A DNA stretch of 64,000 nucleotides from the human T2T-CHM13v2.0 reference genome, Homo sapiens (GCF_009914755.1 NC_060926.1); one strand, 5' to 3'. Counted from the first letter of the stretch, positions 1-13,163 are shown. Numbers and translations are program-made. The notes: generated by a model not told the origin, from the letters alone.

Positions 1-67
1 ATGAAATGTTTGTCTTTACCTCTGCCTCTGGTAATACTTTGTTGTGAAGTCTACCTTTTATTCATAA

Positions 68-728
<661 letters not shown>

Positions 729-1381
729 TGCATAATGTATCTTTTTCTATCCATTTACTTTCAACTTCCCCTTCTCTGTTTTGAAATGTTTACTAGATAT
801 GTATACATGTATATGTGTATATATATCTATAAATGCTATATAATTTTATTTTCTGAGAGTTTCAAAATACAGAAATGTCATCATATTGTGTGTCTTTGAG
901 CTATGTTGATACATATAGATTTATTTTAAATGCTGTGTGGTGTATTATCCTGTGAATGTGCCACAGTTTCATGTTCAGTGGTTCTTGAACCAGAGTGTTC
1001 ATCTCTCTGGAAGTATATGGAGGCTGTCCTTGGGGATACACATAATTTTAAGGAAATTGTTTTCCAGATTCTCAACTCCCATTGGTTCTCTTCTCATAAA
1101 ATGGACCTGCCCAAGAACAAGTCCCTGTGTTTAGGCTTTGTGCTCGTTCTCCTTTCTGGCCTATTCTTTCATGATTATTTTATTTCCCACTTTAAAACTG
1201 AAAGGCAAACTTCCCGCCCTCCTGTTCCTTACTATGCTCCAGAGGTGGGCACGTAATCCTCTGGGCCACCAATAAAAAGACAAATCCAAACATTTTTCAT
1301 GTAATTTCCATCCGTTAGAAATTGCCAAAGAATGCATTTCTCCTGAGCAGAGTCCCCAGTATCCAGGTAGAGTCATCTGGG

Positions 1382-1736
<355 letters not shown>

Positions 1737-2084
1737 TCATCCCTCTACTCAGCTCTCTATCATCGAGCTAGAATTCAGAGGTGAGACAGTCATTATGAGG
1801 ATGCATATTAACGTGTTCATTATGATTACAAAAGGAATCAGAATTCTTTTTTTTTTTTTTAACAGAAATTAAGTCTGAGTTGTTAATTGGTTTGACATTG
1901 AAGACCAGCTTTGCCAATGAGGTTAATGGCAGTATTTTAACTTTCCTTGAATCTAGTGAGCTAAATCTTTAGCTCCAAGGTTTTGATGAGAATCAAGTTT
2001 AGCGCTAAAGAAACAGCTTAGAAAAAGAAAGAAAAGAAAACACTTTTAACAAGTTTAAAATCTATGATAAGATAAAAGCATTTT

Positions 2085-2394
<310 letters not shown>

Positions 2395-2677
2395 TCACAA
2401 TATTGTTTGTATTGGAATTTGTCTTGAAATTAAATTAAAAATATTTCTAATACCCCAACACTTTCCAAGTTAATCAATTTCAGCAATCGTTTTTAAGTGA
2501 AAGAAGAATGATGTCATTGATGGCTACTTGGTAGGCTTCGGTAAAACCTAGTTTAGGGCTTCCAAAACCCAAGAAAGTGAATAAATCTAAAAATGGTAAC
2601 AAACCCATGTGCAGGTCAGTGGTTCCCAAGTGTTTGCTTTCAACAAAATTGGAAGAAGGCCTTCTAGATTTGGCAAC

Positions 2678-3125
2678 TATCACAGGTTGAATTGTGTCCC
2701 CCCAAGTATATTTGTTGAAGTCTTATACTCTAGCATCTCAGAATGTGACCTTATTTGGAGACAAGGTCCTTACAGAGGTAATCAAGTTCAAATGAGGCCA
2801 ATAGGATGGGTCCTAATCCAATATAACTGGTGTCCTTGTGGAAAGGGGCAATCAGGACACACACACAGAGAACATCATCTGAAAACAAGGCAGAGATGGG
2901 GTGATGTTTCTACAAGTCAAGGAATGCCAAAGATTGCCAGCAACTGACTAGAAGCTAGGTGAGAAGCATGGAACAAATTCCTTCTGTAGCCCTCAGAAGG
3001 AACACACCCAGCTGACACCTTGATCCTGAACTTCTAGCTTCTAGAACTGTGAGGCAATAAATTTCTTTTGTTGAAGCCACCTAGTTTGTGGTACTTTGTT
3101 AAAACAGCCCTGGCAAACTAATACA
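2678..3125 (+). mobile_element. MLT1 (ERVL-MaLR, MLT1B/C-like) solo LTR
   Basis: Typical MLT1 motifs (GAATGTGACCTTATTTGGA, AATAAA...GAAGCCACCTAGTTTGTGGTACTTTGTT, end CTAATACA). Perfect 5-bp TSD GCAAC at 2673-2677 and 3126-3130. Confidence 0.9.
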
Positions 3126-3171
3126 GCAACTAATAGATCATTAAAATTAATTTTTGATGATAGATAACATT

Positions 3172-3553
3172 GTCTCCCTCCCTCCCTGCCTCCCTCCCTT
3201 CCTTCCTTCCTTCCCTCCTTCCCGCTCTCTTTCTCTCTCTCTTTTTCCCTTTCTCCCTTTCTCTCTCTCTCTCTCTTTCTCCCTTGGAGAAAGGGTCTTG
3301 CACTTTCGCCCAGGCTGGAGTGCAGTGGAGTCACTGCAGCCTCAACCTCCTGGGCTCAAACAGTCCTCCCACCTCAGCCTCCCAAGTAGCTGGGACTATG
3401 GGTGCACACCATCATACCTGGCTAAATTTTTGTAGAGATGGGGGTTCACCATGTTGCCCAGGCTGGTCTTGAACTCCTGGACTCAAGGAATCCATCCATC
3501 CACCTTGGCCTCCAAAATGCTGGGATTACAGACGTGAGCCACTGCACCTGGTT
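3172..3553 (-). mobile_element. AluJ with an expanded (CCTT)n/(CT)n tail
   Basis: Reverse AluJ at 3286-3553. Pure pyrimidine-rich tract at 3172-3285. Confidence 0.9.
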
Positions 3554-3564
3554 CATGCTTTTGT
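3418..3564 (-). other. CD8A: Non-coding exon 3 of the distal CD8A transcript (exonised AluJ left arm)
   Basis: U-rich tract plus caaaaag|ACAAAAGC, donor CAG|GTATGA. The exon body is an Alu left monomer. Matches the recalled CD8A variant leader. Confidence 0.6.
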
Positions 3565-3941
3565 CTTTTTGAAAAAAAAAGGAAAAAGTTAAAAGATTTA
3601 GTGATTCTGCTGTAACAAAGCCAACTATTTATTTATGGAGACAAAATTTCTCAGTACTTACATTGTATGACAAACAAAAGCAAAACAAAATTAATACTGA
3701 ACTCTGTCTCATTCTAGCAATCAATAAATAAAATAAATCCTGTTATTTTATGGGTTCATTAATTAATTGGACCACAAAATTCATTTGTGGGGGGTCCATT
3801 TCATTAAGAGCTGAATTTTCCCCCAAAATTATGTTTTAAAAAGCTTTTTTTGAGATAATTGTAGATTGACATGCACATACAAGAAAGGGTACAGAGAATT
3901 CCATACCCTTCACCCAGTTTCCCCTAACAAAGGTTACTTTT

Positions 3942-4244
3942 ATATTTATTTATTTATTTTTAGAGACAGAGCATTCTTCTGTTGCCCAGGCTGGAGTGCA
4001 GTGGTGTGATCTGGGCCCACTGCAACCTCCGCCTCCTGGATTCAAGTGAGTCTCTTGCTTCAGCCTCCCTAGTAGCTGGGATTACAGGCACCCGCCATCA
4101 TGTCTGGCTAATTTTTGTATTTTTAGTAGAGACAGGATTTCACCATGTTAGCCAGGCTGGTCTCAAACTCCTGAACTCTAGTAATCTGCCTGCCTCGGCC
4201 TCCCAAAGTGCTGGGATTACAGGTGTGAGCCACCATGCCTGGCC
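3942..4244 (-). mobile_element. AluS
   Basis: Reverse Alu. TSD aaaggttactttta. Confidence 0.95.
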
Positions 4245-4520
4245 AAAGGTTACTTTTAATGTTCATTAATTTTGAAGACTTGCAGTTTATTTATGCTATA
4301 AAGGACAATTGTGCACTATTAATAGTCGCAATGATGACATAATCTAAGACTTTTAATATTTAGAAACTTATGGTTGCAGGAAATTAAAAATTCATCTCAT
4401 GTGCTTTTTTGGCAGAGAAGTATGAAATATTGATCAATATAAGGTCCTTAAGCATACGCACCTATTAAACTTTTATGGAGGAAGTAGAATAGAATTCATA
4501 AGTCCATTTGTTTTTACTCT

Positions 4521-4817
4521 TTATTTTTTTGAGACAGAGTCTCACTCTGCCGCCCAGGCTGGACCGCAGTGGCACAATCTCCACTCACTGCAACCTCTGC
4601 CTCCTTGGTTCAAGTGATTCTCGTGTCTCAGCCACCTGAGTAGCTGGGATTGCTACTCAGGTGTGCACCACCACACCCGACTAATTTTTGTATTTTTAGT
4701 AGAGATGGGATTTCACCCCTTTGGCCAGGTTGGTCTTGAACTCTTGGCCTCAAGTGATCTGCCTGCCTTGGCTTCCCAAAATGCTGGGATTACAGGTGTG
4801 AACCATCGCGCCTGGCC
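4521..4817 (-). mobile_element. Alu (S/J)
   Basis: Reverse Alu consensus. Confidence 0.93.
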
Positions 4818-5059
4818 TAGAATTCATAAGTTTAAGGAGAAAAAGGAGTGATGAAAAATTTCCAAAAGTTAAGAACTTTTTCTTGTATTTTAAAAATGAG
4901 TGACGGTTGAAACAAAATTGATATATTATTTATGTGCTATTAGAAATAATTAAAAAGAATAAGGTTTTCTTTTTTAAAAATCAACATTTACTTTGGAAAT
5001 TATGTCCTTTATAGTGATGAAAAATGTTTGATGTCAAGTTAAAAGTGAGTAAAGAAGTA

Positions 5060-6512
5060 CATTCATTTTATAACAGCATTTTTCACAGTAGCTAAAATGT
5101 GGTAGCAACCCAAGTGTTTATTACTGGATGAATAGATAAACAAAATGTGGACTCAGGCATCTCTCTTCTGGGCTCATACCCAAAGGAAATGAAATCACCA
5201 CCTCACCAAGGTATCTGTACTCCTGTGTTTATTGTAGCATTATTCATAATAACCAAGATATGGAGACAACCTAGACAACCATCAATGGACGAATGGTTTA
5301 AGAAATTGTGGTACGGATATATACAAGGGAATTCAGCCTTAAAAAAGGAGGAGATAGCATTTGCCATAACCTAGACGGGCCTGGAGGACATTATGCTAAA
5401 TGAAAGAAGCCAGACACAGAAAAAAAATATTGCACGATCTTACCTGTATGTGGAATCTTTTATTTATTTATTTTCTTAGACGGAGTCTCACTTTGTTGCC
5501 CACGCTGGAGTGCAGTGGCGCAATTTTGGCTCACCGCAACCTCTGCCTCCTGGGTTCAAGTAATTCTCCTGCCTCAGCCTCCTGAGTAGCTGGGACTACA
5601 GGCACCTGCCACCACACCTGGCTAATTGTATTTTTAGTAGATATGGGGTTTTGCCATGTTGGCCAGGCTGGTCTCAAACTCCTGACCTCAGATGATCCAC
5701 CTGCCTTGGCCTCCCAAAGTGCTGGGATTACAGGTGTGAGCTACCATGCCTGGCCTGTGGAATCTTTTAAAAAGGTCAAATATATAGAGAATAAAACAGT
5801 GGTTATCAAGATTGGAGTAGGAGAGAGGAAATGGGCAGATGTAGGCCTAAGGATACGAAGTAGCAAACATATAGGATGAACAAGTCAAATAAAGTACAAT
5901 ATGAAGACTACAATTAATAATAGCATATTATTCCAGGATTTTTGCTAGATGAGCATAGTTGCTTTTGCTACAGGAGGAAATAAATGGGTAACTAAGTCAG
6001 ATGATGCATAAGTCAATTTGTTTCACTATAGTATCCATTCTACTAAATATGTGTGTCTTATACCATGATGTTGTATATACCTTATATATACACAATAAAA
6101 TTTATTTAAACAAACAAAATGTGGTATATACATAGAGTGGAATATTATTCAGCCTTAAAAAGGAAGTTCTGACACATGCCACAATATGGATGAATCTTGA
6201 GGATATTATGCTAAGTGAATTAAGCCAGTCACAAAAAACCAAATACTGTATGATTCTATGTATTTGAGGTATTTAAAGTAGTCAAAATAATAGAGACAGA
6301 AAGTAGAATGGTGGTTGGGACAGGCTGGGGAGAGGGAGGAGTGGGAGTTATGTTTAACGGTTATAGAGTTTTAGTTTTTCTAGATGAAAAGAGTTAGAGA
6401 GAAGGATGGTGGTGAAGGTTGCACAACAATGTGCATGAACTTAATACCACTGAACTGTACACTTAAATGTTAAAATGGTAAGATTGTTATGTGTATTTTG
6501 CCACAATAAATT
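5060..6512 (+). mobile_element. Nested L1 3' ends (younger L1MA-like 5151-6111 inside an older L1MB-like copy)
   Basis: L1 3'UTR motifs. 13-bp TSD AAACAAAATGTGG at 5138-5150 and 6112-6124. Confidence 0.85.
5458..5755 (-). mobile_element. AluS inserted in L1
   Basis: Reverse Alu. TSD tgtggaatctttt. Confidence 0.95.
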
Positions 6513-7009
6513 AGTATTATTATTTTTTTTAGAGACAGAGTCTAGCTCTGTCAACCAGGTTGAGTGCATTGGTGTGATAACAGCTCACTGCAGCCTCCAA
6601 CTCTTGAGCCCCCAACTCCTGGCCTCAAGCAGTCCTCCTGCCTCAGCCTCCCAAAGTGCTGAGATTACAGGGGTGAGCCATTCACTGTTCCTTGCTAAAT
6701 CTTTTTTTTTTTTTTTTTTTTTTTTTTGAGACAGAGTCTCGCTCTGTCACCCAGGCTGGAGTGCAGTGGTGCGATCTCAGCTCGCTGCAAGCTCCACCTC
6801 CTGGGCTTAAATGATTTTCCTACTTCAGCTTCCTGAGTAGCTGGGATTACAGGCACACGCCACCATGCCTGGCTAATTTTTGTATTTGTAGTAGAGACAG
6901 AGTTTTGCCATGTTGGCCAGACTGGTCTCGAACTCCTGACCTCAAGTGATCCACCTGCCTAAGCCTTCCTAAGTGTTGGGATTACAGGCATGAGCCACCA
7001 CACCTGGCC
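6513..7009 (-). mobile_element. Alu monomer (6513-6690) plus AluS (6702-7009)
   Basis: Two consecutive reverse Alu units. Confidence 0.9.
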
Positions 7010-7639
7010 TAAATTTTTTTTTTTAATGAGTGAAGGAGTCCATAGTCTTTCATACTTTGGGGTGATACAAGAAAAGGAAAAAGGTTTAATGACAACTGCC
7101 ACTTTCATTTATTCATTCCTTTGTTGATGTACTTTTGGGCTGGGTTTTGCTGTTATAAGCTAAACTACAATGGACATCCTTGTACACATTCCCTAGAGTC
7201 CAAGTACAAGATTTTCTCTAGGGTGTTTTCCTGGAAAAGGAATGACTTGAGGAGTATGGCAACCTTGTGAGAAATGACTGATTCGAAAGATGTGTCCCAT
7301 AGCTTTTGATACATTTTTCTCCGAAGTCATGGTTCCAGTCCACACTCACACCAGCTGTGGAGGAGTTTTCATTTACCCACGAGCTTTGTTATTTCTGGTT
7401 TTGTCAGTCTTTTCAATTCTGCCAATCTCATAGGGTGTGATGGTATCTCGTTGTTTAAACCTGACTTCTCTTGTTAAGGTTGAGACCGAGCATCTGGCCC
7501 CATGTTTGCTGGCTATTCAGCTTTCCTCTTCTGCAGACTGCCCGTTTGTCCACTGCTCTGTTTCAGTAACTTCCATATACCAAGAACTCTCTGCCTTCCA
7601 TAACTCACATCACTTAAAATACGAATTTTTTTGATGCTT

Positions 7640-9050
7640 AGAGAACCTGATTTCCTTCCAACCAATTGTGCTCTCCTAATTCCAACAACCAAATGAAGCT
7701 TCAACTCTTCTTTTTGTTCAGAGCCCTCCTGAGTCCTGTCCTACTCACAGTAAAGGCTGTGGCAAAATAAATAAATAAGTAAATAAAGGGGAAAAATACA
7801 CTGCATCCAAAAAAGGCTCGTTTCTTTTTCTTTCTTTCTCTCTCTCTCTTTCTTTTTCTTTTTCTCTTGTTGTGACAATTGTCACAACAAAATGTGTATG
7901 TGACAATTTGTTATCTTAAAACAGTTTACCCAAAATAGAAACCTTACAAAGCCAGTGGAAACTTTTCTTTTTGCATAAGTTGGTTAATTCTTTTGAGTGC
8001 TGGCCTGGGATCCATGAAATAACCTCAACTCGACCATAAAACTTTTCACTCCCACGTTATGCAAACGGTGATGACCTTGTTGGTGGCAAGCCCCCCGTGT
8101 GACTTTCCGAGGGGATCTGAGTGGTGCAAGGTGGAGGACGCAGTGATGGAAACATTGCGAGAGGGAAGGCGTCTGTTTCCACCCACTTACCCTCAGAGCA
8201 TGAGGGCTGGGCGAAGGCTCTGACTCCTGTAGGGGGTGACCCATTTCTAGGACTATAGAAGGAGAGGTGTGGACCTGGAAAAAGGAAGGAAAGACCACGG
8301 CAAGGAAAGTCAAGAAGTGGGAGAAGTCAAGGGCTCTCTCCTCCCTTCCTCCTTGTCCTTGGCCTGCAGCAACTCCTCTTTCTCTTTTTGTGGGGACAGA
8401 CTGAAGAGGATTTCTTAGTATGGTTTGTACCTTCCCAGTAGAGCAGGAAAAAGAGGAACGAGCTGCTCCCTCCACACCTCAGACGCTGAGGTCAACTGCC
8501 CTTTGGGCGGGGCACGTTGGCTCACGCATCTAATCCCAGCACTTTGGGAGGCCGTGAGGGGAGCATCACTTGAGCCCAGGAGTTGGAGACCGGCCTGGGC
8601 CACATAGTGAGGCCCCATCCTCCGGCTTGCACCACTCAAATTCCCTCGTAAAGTCACACGGGGAGCTTGCCCCCAGCAAGGTCGTCAGTTTGCAAAACAT
8701 GGGAGTGAAAAGCTTTATGGTGGAGTGTAGGTTATTTCATGGATCCCAGGCCAGCACCCAAAAGAATTAACCATCTTGTGCAAAAAGAAAATTTTCCACT
8801 ACTTTTTTAAAGTTTCTATTTTGGGTAAATCGTTTCAAGATAACAAATTGGAGAGAGACCTAGAGAGAAATGAGCCTTTTTAAGATGCAGTTTATTTTGC
8901 CCCATGATGTTTTTGTTTTTGTTTTTGCCAGAGCCTTTACTGTGAGTAGGACAGGACTCAGGAGGCCTCTGAACAAAAAGAAGCGTTGAAGCTTCATTTG
9001 GTTGTTGGAATTGGGAGAGCACAATTGGTTGGAAGGAAATCAGGTTCTCT
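7640..9050. repeat. Long inverted repeat (arms 7640-8138 and 8618-9050)
   Basis: Manual reverse-complement alignment. The ORF track shows near-identical peptides (GVKSFMVE.RLFHGSQASTQKN) on opposite strands. Confidence 0.95.
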
Positions 9051-9270
9051 CAAAAAATAAAATAAAATAAAATAAAAAAAAAAGCCAGCGTGCTGGCGCG
9101 GGTCCATGGTCCAAGCTACTTGGGAGGCTGAGGTGGGGGGATCGCTTGAGCCCGGAAGTCGAGGCTGTAGTGAGCCGTGATTGCACCACTGCACTCCAGC
9201 CTGGGCGATAGAACAAGACCCTGTCTCTTAAAACAAACAAGAAACAAAACAAAACAAACAACAAAAAAAT
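8505..9270 (+). mobile_element. AluJ split by an insertion (left arm 8505-8620; linker, right arm and tail 9046-9270)
   Basis: Left monomer ends ...CATAGTGAGGCCCCATC. The Alu resumes at TCTCAAAAAATAAA...GCCAGCGTG...GCACTCCAGCCTGGGCGA. Confidence 0.9.
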
Positions 9271-9353
9271 TCATTTGGGAATGTTTCTGCGCGTGCCCAT
9301 AAGCAGAGCCATGCTATAGGATCTCCCCTGTGCCCCAACAATCAGCTTCTTAC

Positions 9354-9689
9354 TTGGAGGGTAGAGAACGGTGCTTCCCCACGCTGCTGTGCAATGGATA
9401 GGAGCTATGTGAAGCTGGCGTATGGGTGGGGTTTGCAGGCTTCGTCCGGCTTCATCGCCGGCTGCTGACCCGGCACCAATTCCTGTTCTGCAGGTCTCAC
9501 CGCAGAGGGGCACGCCAGCCATGAGGACAGATGAGGGAACACGTGATGCCACGATGGGGGTGCCAGGATGAGGTGGGTGCGGTCGCGGACAGGCGCACGA
9601 GGAGCCCAGCGGAGCGCCACCCGGAGCAGGCGCGGAGGAGGGCTGGGGAGGGCCACCAAGGCGACGAGAGCCGGTGTGCCTGAATCAGC
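9354..9689 (-). other. CD8A: Non-coding exon 2 of the distal CD8A transcript
   Basis: Pyrimidine tract plus ctttag|GCTG, donor CAA|GTAAGA. A possible internal donor GCG|GTGAGA lies near 9500. Confidence 0.65.
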
Positions 9690-10025
9690 CTAAAGGAGAC
9701 GGAGGAGGAGTGTGGTGGGCGCAGGGGCAGGGAGCTGGGGGAAGGGCGGGGGGCTAGCCCAGGCTGAAGGCAGGCAGGAGCAGGGCCGCGATGTCAGACA
9801 AGAAACGGCAGCAGTGTGTTTGGGAACCTAGCACCAACCGCACCGGTGGAGACAGGGTCTGCTGTAGAGGAGGTGGGGCCGGGTCCCAGCTAAGTAAGGC
9901 GGTGGATCTTGCAGCCCTTCCATCCTCAGCCGCTCATTCTGCGCAAATCTCGGGGCCAGCCTTGGTGGAGCCGTAAAGCGTCCACCAGAACCTGGATCCC
10001 TCCGCCACCTTTCCCATGAATTCAC

Positions 10026-10303
10026 CTTTCTGTACACAGCAAGCGCCTGAGCGGAGACGGCCGACACGTTTCCCACTGTTACCCCAGGAAACCGCGGCTC
10101 CTGAGGGGGTCAGGGCCTGGGCAGGGGGCAGAGCTCAGCGCGCCGTACTGAGGCAGAAACGGGGTCCAGAGAGGGTGGGGTGGGGGTACAGGGAAGGGTC
10201 GCCCGAAGGTCCCTGGCGCAGGGAGGACAGAGGAGGGATCTAGAATTCGTAGGGGAGAAGAGAACTCAGAAAAGATCCGGCCCAGCGCATTTATTTTACA
10301 GAG
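10026..10303 (-). other. CD8A: Non-coding first exon of the distal-promoter CD8A transcript
   Basis: Donor AAG|GTGAAT after 10026. The sequence CTCTGTAAAATAAATGCGCTGGGCC... is recalled as the start of the long-5'UTR CD8A mRNA (memory, unverified). TSS approximate. Confidence 0.65.
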
Positions 10304-10431
10304 GAAGAAAAACTGAGGCCCAGGGAGGGTAAGTACTGCAGGTAACTAGGCACTAGCAGCAGGGGCACTAGCAGCAGGGACACTCCCTATCTCGCCTGTC
10401 ACCCGCGTCCAGCAAAATCTGATGCCCTGTC

Positions 10432-10450
10432 GGCCCAGCAGGGGGCGGTG
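10432..10450 (+). promoter_or_regulatory. Candidate CTCF site
   Basis: GGCCCAGCAGGGGGCGGTG closely matches the CCASYAGRKGGCR consensus. Confidence 0.6.
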
Positions 10451-10908
10451 CTGCTTTAGTTTTGGCCTGGTCGGGGTTGAGCGGAGGAGGGAGCGACTTC
10501 GAATTCAGTCTGCACCTGACTGACCTCGAGCAAAAACGAAGCGGGCGCACGTTACCGTCTTCCATCTGGGGGCCCAGCAGCCTCCATCTTCGCCCTAGCC
10601 CCTACAGCCTCGTCCCTGGCTGGGGCTCCAGCTCCCCAATTTCTCACCCTCACCACCAGGAGCTACTTATCTTATCACAGGCTCACTTAGATTACCACTA
10701 GGAGATTACCACTCGGGTGGGGTGGAGGTGCGGTGGGATTCGCATTTTGCAAGGGATCAAAAGAGCGGCTAATTATGGCATTTCTAGCCCAAGGCATTGG
10801 CCAGAGATATTGCGGGTAGGCCCCTTAACCTCCCAGCATCTCGCAGTATCTACCGATTAGTGCTGAGCCTCCTGTGCAATGCATCCGTCTATAGATATGG
10901 CCAGAATG

Positions 10909-11267
10909 GGCCGGGCTTGGTGCGCGGTGGCTCACTGCTGTAATTCCAACACTTTGGGAGGCCGAGGCGGTCGGATCAACTGAGGTCAGGAGTTCGAGAC
11001 CAGCCTGGCCAATATGGCGAAATCCTGTTTCTACTTTAAAAACAAACAAACAAACAAACAAAAAACAAAAAAAAAACTAGCCGGGCGTGATGGCGCAAGC
11101 CTGTAGTCCTAGCTACTGGGGAGGCTGAGGCAGAAGAATCGTTTGAACCCTGGAGGCGGAAGTTGCAGCGAGCGGAGATCGAGTCACTGCACTCCAGGCT
11201 GGGGGATAGAGCGAGACTCCCATCTCAAAATAAAAAATAATAATAATAATTTTTTAAAAAGAAAGAA
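10909..11267 (+). mobile_element. AluS inside the CpG island
   Basis: Alu consensus. TSD ATGGCCAGAATG at 10897 and 11268. Confidence 0.93.
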
Positions 11268-12790
11268 ATGGCCAGAATGCCAAAGCTTTAATGGTGGGTA
11301 GAAGTCCCCAGACTTGAGAGTCTCGTTCTCCCAACTCTCCTTCCCCGTCAGAAAGTGCGAAGGGACTGGAATGGAGATCCTGAGCGGTCCTGGGTGCCGG
11401 GGCCCCGACCGGGGCTGAGCTGGTCCCCTGGTCGGGACGGCTGGGCAGAGGTGCCGAGGGGCCGCGGGCGGCCCTTCGCTGGCTCATTCGCATCCGCAGC
11501 CCCTCAAGAAGGCCCTGGGCCCGCAGGGAGGAAGAGGTGAGCACCCGACAGGAAGGAGATGGGCTTGGGGGCTCGGGGCGTGCCCTGGGGCAGGTGGAGC
11601 GTCCGGCCTCTGATGTCCCGCGCAGGACACTGAGGTCGCGGTGCAGAGAAGGGTCGGCTTGAGGATCTGACAGCCTTGCCCGCGTTGGAGACGGGGAAAG
11701 GCTCGCAGAACTAAGGTGCGGGGCGGGGGTGCGGGTGCCAAGGTCCCTCTGAGGTTCGTTTGGCTTATTCACCGATTTCATTCCGCTCTTGGTTTTAGTT
11801 TACCTGGAAGGTCCTCTCCTGCGCTGGCTCTGGGGGTGCTTGGAACCAGAGCCCCTTAGTCGAAGCGCGTCCTGCTGCCAGCTACTACCAAGTCCTTAGG
11901 CCGAGCCCGTTTCTCTCCTGGTGATGTGAATCCTCGTTTTTTGTTGTTGTTGTTGTCGTTTACTGAAGTCCCGGGCTGATTAGACACAGCAATGGAAGCT
12001 GGGGGTGGCCTGGGCCGTGCATTGAATTTGTGACTTTAGCAAGTCCCTAAATTCCTCTCTGCCTCACTTTTGCTGTCTTTTTTAGGTTAAAAATATTTTG
12101 GAGAATAGAAAACAGAACAAAACAAAAATAATGGCTTATAGTGCCAATATGGAATTATAGTCACTCCTAACATTTTGGTATATTGTTTTGCATTTGCTTT
12201 GTTTCTATTCTATGCTTATATATTTTTAATTTTTTTCCATCACTGTCATCATATTTCCTATTCAGGTCTCCAGCCTGCTTTAAAAATTTTTTAATCATAA
12301 AGTTCCATAAAAATTTTATTTCAGCCAATTTCTTTTATAACACGTTCTTCATGAATCTTATCTGATATCTGCATAATATTCCACTCATACTTTGCACAAT
12401 TAGACATTAAGGTCGTGTGTACTTTTTAAATTATGATACAGCAATTTCTAAATAGTGTATAATTTCAATTTTTGTTTCTTAGTTATCATAACAGTTCTTA
12501 AAAGGTGATAACAAATTTTTAAGTGGATACATTTTTTCCCCCTTCTTTGGTTTATAATTTTATTGCTCTGTGGTCTGAGAATGTGGCTGTATTTACGCTT
12601 TTTGAAATTGAAGTTTTTGATTGATGGTTGATTTCGTAAATAAGTTTAGGCACAGTTTTGTATAAATGATTGGGCACAAAATTCTTTATATTAGATCAAG
12701 CTTTGTAAAATGTATTATCCATATCTGCTATGTCTTTTTAAAATTTTTATCTACTTGATCTAATTTCTGAAAGAGCTGTAAGTTTTTTAA

Positions 12791-13163
<373 letters not shown>

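Larger units (their letters stand above)
9400..11910. promoter_or_regulatory. Bipartite CpG island: distal CD8A promoter / CD8A-CD8B intergenic regulatory region
   Basis: High GC and CpG density at ~9400-10620 and ~11330-11910, split by an Alu that also retains CpGs. Confidence 0.8.

Noticed and set aside
7984-8770. Duplicated peptide GVKSFMVE.RLFHGSQASTQKN suggesting paralogous small genes
   Set aside because: By-product of the inverted DNA duplication; the ORFs have non-ATG starts and unrelated N-termini.
7640-9050. Foldback/MuDR-type transposon with long TIRs
   Set aside because: No terminal TSD seen, and one arm interrupts an Alu while the other lies outside it, so the arms did not insert as one unit. 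A Dfam search would settle it.
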